Assembly: GCA_963674695.2 (NCBI GenBank)
Contig: CAXXGI010000002.1
Coordinates: 843,406 to 907,405, forward strand
DNA: 64,000 nt
From: a bacterium
GTDB taxonomy: Bacteria; UBA10199; 2-02-FULL-44-16; JAAZCA01
Reading direction: 5' to 3'
In this document: piece by piece, positions 59,073 through 64,000 of the stretch
How the letters are laid out: each line of letters opens with the position of its first letter
Numbering within the stretch: position 1 is the stretch's first letter
Position numbers and translations under genes: made by a program
The notes under the pieces: generated by a model
Databases searched by the model: none
Told to the model about the DNA's origin: nothing
What the model saw: only the letters and a program-made list of their open reading frames with translations

Positions 59073-60097
59073 AGCCGATGGAACGCTTTGCGGCAGTGCT
59101 CGCCGGAGATACGGTCGATCGCTGTCCCGTCAGCCTCACGTTGTCGCTCTATGGTGCACGGTTCGTGGGCGGTTCGCTGCGCGAATACTACACGAATGCG
59201 GCGCGCTATGCTGAAGGACAGACGGCCGTCGTCGAGGCCTTCGCGCCCGACATCCTCTTCAGCCCCTTCTCGCTGCCGTTGGAGGGGAGCGCCTGGGGCA
59301 GCGAAGTGCGCTTCTTCGACCATCAGCCGCCAAATCTCGTTCGCCCCGCGGTATCCTCCGCCGAGGAGCTCCTGCGCATTGCCCCGCCGGATGTGAACGT
59401 GCATCCACAATTGGGTTTCTTTCGCGAGGCGATCCGGAGGATGGCGCAGGCGCACGGGACGGATGTCCCAATCGCCGGGGTGGCCCTCAATCCGATGGAG
59501 CTTCCGGCAATGCTTCTGGGAATCGAGGGGTGGCTCAACGCGTTGCTCTTCGACGAAGCACGCGCGAGAGAGATCCTGAAGATAACGACCGCGTTTTGTG
59601 TGCGCTGGATGAATGCGCTCTTCTCCGAAGGGGCTACTTTTATTGTGACGCCGACGAACTTCACCAATCCCTCCATCGTGACGCGCGCCATCGTAGAGGA
59701 GATCGCGGTGCCGGCGCTCACAGAAACATTTCAACAGCTCGACGGCCCCGTGGTCGTCCATTCGGGCGGTTCGCCCCTGTCACGCTTTTTGGATGCGTTC
59801 GCCTCTCTTCCCCAGGTTGGCGGGTTCGTCCTCAACGCCAACGAAAGCTTTGCCGAAGCCCGCGAAAAGATCGGGGCGCAGGCGGTCTTGGTGGGGAACA
59901 TCGACGGCCCGTCGCTGGGGACGCATACTCCCGACGCGATCAGGTCACAGTGCCGTGCGCTGCTCGAAGATCGTCGCGATGATGCTCACTTCATCCTTGG
60001 CACGAGCGGCGCCGATGTGGCGCTGGCAACGCCTCCGGAGTGTATTCGAGCGCTGAAGCATGCGGCACAAGCTTTTGCCGAGGAGGCAGACGTATGA
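59069..60097 (+). CDS. Uroporphyrinogen decarboxylase / MtaA-like TIM-barrel protein
   Basis: M.P.ERF.A.L.G..VDR.PV, EGSAWG, LVGNIDG, HFILGTSG...TPPE.I.A. ATGA overlap with the upstream gene. Confidence 0.9.
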   Translation: MKPMERFAAVLAGDTVDRCPVSLTLSLYGARFVGGSLREYYTNAARYAEGQTAVVEAFAPDILFSPFSLPLEGSAWGSEVRFFDHQPPNLVRPAVSSAEELLRIAPPDVNVHPQLGFFREAIRRMAQAHGTDVPIAGVALNPMELPAMLLGIEGWLNALLFDEARAREILKITTAFCVRWMNALFSEGATFIVTPTNFTNPSIVTRAIVEEIAVPALTETFQQLDGPVVVHSGGSPLSRFLDAFASLPQVGGFVLNANESFAEAREKIGAQAVLVGNIDGPSLGTHTPDAIRSQCRALLEDRRDDAHFILGTSGADVALATPPECIRALKHAAQAFAEEADV

Positions 60098-61377
60098 GCG
60101 ATGGCGGTGCACAGGTGGTCATCGTGGCCTGCTCTGTCTTTCGCAGCGAGATCGAGAGACTGCAGAAGCGGGATGAACTCGATTTTCCCGTCCGCTATCT
60201 CGACTCGATGCTGCACATGCGTCCTCATGAGCTCGAAGCGAAGCTCGAGGAAGTGCTCGCGCAGGAGGACGACAGAGGGCACCGCGTCGTGCTGCTCTAC
60301 GGCGACTGTCATGCGCGGATGCATGAGCAGGGGGAAGGGCCCGGGGTGGTGCGTGTGCCCGGCATCAATTGCCCGGAGATCTTGCTGGGTCGTGATCTCT
60401 ATCGCCGTCTTCGCCGCGATGGGGTCTTCTTTCTCCTTCCCGAGTGGACGTTGCGTTGGCGCGAGGTCTTTCACGAGGCCCTGGGCGATGATGATGAGAA
60501 AGCACGAGAGCTCCTCAAAGACATGCACACGCGTTTGCTCTATCTGGACACCGGTGTGATGCCCGTTCCGACCGAGACCCTCGAGGAGATATCGGCCTAT
60601 GCAGGGCTTCCCTGCGAGACCATGCATGTCGAACCCGGGTTTCTCAAAGAATCAATTCGAACGGCTGTTGAAAGGATGGCGACGATGAATGAACGTACAG
60701 ACGCTGAACGGGATCATGCGGTTTTTGCAACGATGGCCTTCGATATTCTGGAGCGCACGTTGTCCGAATCGGACAATCCGGGTGTCGTGGGACACTCGCT
60801 CTGTCAGCAGATGCGCGAGTTGACCGGTGCGGCGCACGTTCTCCTGATCGATTGCTCCAAGGGTGATTGTGAAGATGGATGTTGTCTCCAACAGGTGCAG
60901 TCGCGTTCGGCCGAACGGCTGAAATCGTCAGAGTCGATCCTATGTCGGCTTGCCTCTTCACTGAAGGGACACAAGGGTGTGCAGGTTTGGCGAGGGGGCG
61001 GCGATGCGACAGAGGCAGCACAGTGCCTCGCCAAACTCGAATGCGGCTTGTCCATCGCCGCGCCCCTCGATGTGGGACAGGTGCGTTCGGGAGTGCTGCT
61101 CCTGCTGAATCTGCCCGACGAGCGCAACCTGGAGCAGATCACGAGCATCCTCTCCACGCTCTCCACGGTGGCCGCACTCGTCTTTCGAAACGCCATGCGC
61201 TATCGGGAACAGGAGACGGTGGTTGCCGAGCGCACGCAGGCGCTCGAACGCAAGATGGAAGAGATCGAACACCTCAACAAGTTTATGATGGGGCGCGAGA
61301 AGCGTATCATCGAGGTCAAACAGGAGGTCAATGCTCTCCTGCGCGAGCTCGGTCGCCCGGAAAAATACGTGGGGTAG
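60094..61377 (+). CDS. DUF1638 domain fused to a GAF-like domain and a terminal coiled-coil motif
   Basis: VACSVF, LHMRP..L, LYGDC, NCPEILLG. GAF-like IAAPL...GVLLLL. Ends LNKFMMGREKRIIEVKQEVNALLRELGRPEKY. Confidence 0.85.
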   Translation: MSDGGAQVVIVACSVFRSEIERLQKRDELDFPVRYLDSMLHMRPHELEAKLEEVLAQEDDRGHRVVLLYGDCHARMHEQGEGPGVVRVPGINCPEILLGRDLYRRLRRDGVFFLLPEWTLRWREVFHEALGDDDEKARELLKDMHTRLLYLDTGVMPVPTETLEEISAYAGLPCETMHVEPGFLKESIRTAVERMATMNERTDAERDHAVFATMAFDILERTLSESDNPGVVGHSLCQQMRELTGAAHVLLIDCSKGDCEDGCCLQQVQSRSAERLKSSESILCRLASSLKGHKGVQVWRGGGDATEAAQCLAKLECGLSIAAPLDVGQVRSGVLLLLNLPDERNLEQITSILSTLSTVAALVFRNAMRYREQETVVAERTQALERKMEEIEHLNKFMMGREKRIIEVKQEVNALLRELGRPEKYVG

Positions 61378-61384
61378 ATGCCTG

Positions 61385-61609
61385 CTAGATTTTGACGATT
61401 CGTTTGAGGAAGACGAACAGCGCGATGATGCTGATGCCGATGCCGAAGCTCACCCAGAAACTTCCGATAAAATAGGGATAGATGCCGAGTGCCAGCCCGG
61501 TGATGATCGCGATCGGATCAGGCCGCTTGCGGCCGTAGATGATGAAGCTGAGCCCTAAGATGCTGACGAAGACGTCCCAATAGAGCAGACCGATATCGAT
61601 GAGCAACAT
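61385..61609 (-). CDS. Small membrane protein
   Basis: 74 aa, G...IYGRK...GLAL.IYPYF. GGAG RBS. Confidence 0.75.
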   Translation of the reverse strand: MLLIDIGLLYWDVFVSILGLSFIIYGRKRPDPIAIITGLALGIYPYFIGSFWVSFGIGISIIALFVFLKRIVKI

Positions 61610-61630
61610 GCACGATCTCCTCCAACAATT

Positions 61631-61710
61631 CCCTCCCCTTTGTAAGGGGAGGGCTAGGGTGGGGTAGACCCATGATCTACCTCCCCCATCCCCTCCTTAC
61701 AAAGGAGGGG
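61631..61710. repeat. REP-like palindrome (CCCTCCCCTTTGTAAGGGGAGGG family)
   Basis: Hairpin pair CCCTCCCCTT-TGT-AAGGGGAGGG and CCCCTCCTT-ACA-AAGGAGGGG in inverted arrangement. Confidence 0.85.
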
Positions 61711-62194
61711 TGCGTTTTTCATCTCGCGGTGAGCCGGACTGCTCGTCCGCGCCCTGCGGTTGTTGCTCGTGGTAGAGCTGGCGATAGGTCGGTCCCCCCG
61801 CTGTGCCGCCGATGTCGGGTGGTTTTTTCGTCGTTCGCTTCGGCAGGACATGCTCACGAAAGAGCTTCAGGAGGAATCCGAGCAGTTTGAATCCGACATA
61901 GGTTGCGATGAAGGCCAAAAAGACTTCACGCGGGTTTGTCTGGATGTTGACGCGCACGGCTTCGAGTGCCTCGGTAAAGCCGCTGATGAGACGCGTATGC
62001 ACATCGTCGTAGGGGATGTTCTGGGCATAGGCGGTGCCGATGCCGAAGAGAAAATGGAAGACCGCGACCATGCCGCCCAACGCTCGATCGAGGATGCTGC
62101 CCTTCTCGGGCAACGAAAGGATGGCGGCGATCAGGGCGAACTCCGTCGAGAGTTTGCCGATGACCAGGATGAGAAAACGGATGAGTGCGCGCAT
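61697..62194 (-). CDS. Hypothetical membrane protein
   Basis: AGGAGG RBS and ATG at 62194 (MRALIRFLIL...). Three hydrophobic segments. Confidence 0.7.
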   Translation of the reverse strand: MRALIRFLILVIGKLSTEFALIAAILSLPEKGSILDRALGGMVAVFHFLFGIGTAYAQNIPYDDVHTRLISGFTEALEAVRVNIQTNPREVFLAFIATYVGFKLLGFLLKLFREHVLPKRTTKKPPDIGGTAGGPTYRQLYHEQQPQGADEQSGSPRDEKRTPPL

Positions 62195-62202
62195 ACGGCC
62201 TC

Positions 62203-64000
62203 CTATTGCTCTTCCGATTGTGTCTGCGGTTTGTCGAATCGAAGTTTGGATCGGATCCACCCATATGTCGAGCGCGTTGTTGCGATCGCCCAACGGATGC
62301 CGGCGATGGTGGCGTGATACGCCAATTTGAGATCGCCCTTTTTGAGGCCGCGCTGCGAGAGTTCCACGACCAGCACATAGATGACCGGCACGATGCCAAG
62401 GGTGAGAAAGGTCGCAGCGATCATGCCGCCGAAGACGGCGGTCCCCAGCGAATGCCGGCTGGCCGCGCCCGCGCCGGTGGCGACGACCAGCGGGATCACG
62501 CCCAGGATGAAGGAGAAGGCCGTCATCAGAATCGGGCGAAGGGCGGATGTGCGCGGCCATCACCGCCGCTTCGATGGCGGTCTTGCCTTCCTCCTGTTGC
62601 TGCTTGGCGAACTCGACGAGCAGGATGGAGTTCTTGCTGGCCATGCCGATGAGCATGACCAGACCGATCTGGCAGTAGATGTCGTCGTAGAGGCCGCGCC
62701 ACCACTGCGCCACGAGCGCCCCGAGGATGGCCAATGGCACCGCCATCATGATGATCATGGGGAGCGACCAGCTCTCATACTGCGCGGCGAGGAAGAGGAA
62801 CACGAACGCCAGGGCCAACGCAAAGATGAAGGGGGCCACGCCGGCCGATTTGAGCTCCTGCAGGGCGGTGCCGGTCCATTCATAACTGTAGTCGTTCGGA
62901 AGAATGGCATCGGCGATGGCATCCATGGCGGCGATCGACTGGCCCGAGCTGTAGCCCGGGGCGGCCGCGCCGTTGATCTCGATGTTGCGAAAGATGTTGT
63001 AGTGCGTGATCGTCTGCGGCCCGATGATGTGTTCGATTTTTATGAGGGCTGACAGCGGCACAAGGCTTCCATCGTTTGCCCGCACATACAGGCGCGAGAT
63101 GTCGGCCATGTCGGCGCGATACTCCTTCTCGGCCTGAATGAAGACACGGTAGATGCGGCCGAACTTATTGAAGTCGTTGACGTAGAGCGCGCCGAGATAG
63201 GCCTGCAGCGTATCGAAGATGTCGGAGATCTTGATCCCCAAACTCTTGGCCTTCGTGCGATCGAGATCGATATAGAACAGTGGGTAGTTTGCCTTGAAGG
63301 TCTTCGACAGCGGCGTGAGCGCGGGGTATTTTGCTCCCGCTGCGATGACGCGCTGGGCGATCGTGTTGAAGGTGTCGATGTCTCCGCTGCCGATGTCCTG
63401 GAGTTCAAACTGAAAGCCGCCCGTCTGCGACAATCCCTGGATGGGCGGGGGGTTGAACGCGAAGGCCGTCGCTTCGTTGACCGACTGCAGTTTCCACTGG
63501 ATGGTCCCCATGATGTTCGCGAGCGAGAGCTCCGGCGTGGTGCGTTCATCCCAGGGGTTGAGCGTGATGATCAGCGTCATGGAGCTGGAATCGATGGCCT
63601 GGTTGAGCATGTTGTAGCCGCCGATGGTCATCGTGTCGGCGACCCCCGGCGTGCTCATCGCGATTTTTTCCAGCTTGTGCGAGATCGCCTCGTGCGATTG
63701 AGCGACATCCCTGCCGGACCCTGGGCGATCACAAAGAAGTAGCCCTGATCTTCGTCCGGGATGAAGGCCGTGGGCACCACGCGGAACATAAAGACGGTCA
63801 GACCGATGAGTGCCACGAACACGGCCATGATGCGTTTCCAACGCGAGATGAAGTATTCGACCATGTTCTTGTAGGCATGGGCCGACCAGTTGAACCCCGT
63901 GTTGAAATGGGTAAAGAACCGGCCCTGTTTGACGTCATTCTTCGGGCGCAGCACCAGTGCGCACATGGCCGGTGAGAGCGTGAGGGCGCAGATCGTCGAG
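62203..64000 (-). pseudogene. HAE1/AcrB-family RND efflux transporter, 5'-partial, with two frameshifts (pseudogene or sequencing error)
   Basis: AF.PDEDQG, YVNDFNKFGR, LAAQYESW, GMASKNSILLVEFA, R.RPILMT and TAVFGGM are spread over three frames. Shifts near 63690 and 62541-62543. Confidence 0.85.

Noticed and set aside
61697-63841. 714-aa RND fusion protein in the ORF track
   Set aside because: It is an artefact of the frameshift at 62541-62543, which joins the RND middle segment to the separate downstream gene.

Overview
A GC-rich chromosomal window from a diderm bacterium. Lipoproteins, Omp85/TamB, TolC, a GC-motif C-terminal sorting signal and sigma54/sigma28-type promoters suggest a deltaproteobacterial-grade lineage (inference). 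No rRNA, tRNA, CRISPR array, transposase, integrase or reverse transcriptase is visible. (1) Positions 1-14.7 kb are an accessory hotspot: unrelated genes (Fic-like HTH, MFS, serpin, AAA_14 ATPase, alpha/beta hydrolase, Cache protein plus NCS2 permease, HExxH orphan, Ntn hydrolase) are separated by at least six co-oriented, variably truncated copies of one composite repeat that starts with a ~47-bp att-like palindrome. (2) 15-27 kb encodes large secreted or surface proteins, including a GH19 chitinase and an ASH-repeat protein. (3) 27-46 kb is mostly housekeeping: ettA, DEAD-box helicase, TolC/MacAB, HU, gltB, marC. (4) 46-64 kb holds three unusual modules: an Omp85 / pentameric ligand-gated channel / Omp85 / kinase-like lipoprotein operon facing a CadB-like antiporter; a head-to-head palindromic pair of four-helix-bundle genes, each with a stop-codon hairpin and a hexamer array, whose variable 3' end reappears 48 kb away; and a corrinoid protein / UroD-like / DUF1638-GAF operon with no output domain. 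The window ends in a doubly frameshifted RND pump. Family calls come from motif recognition by eye, not database searches.
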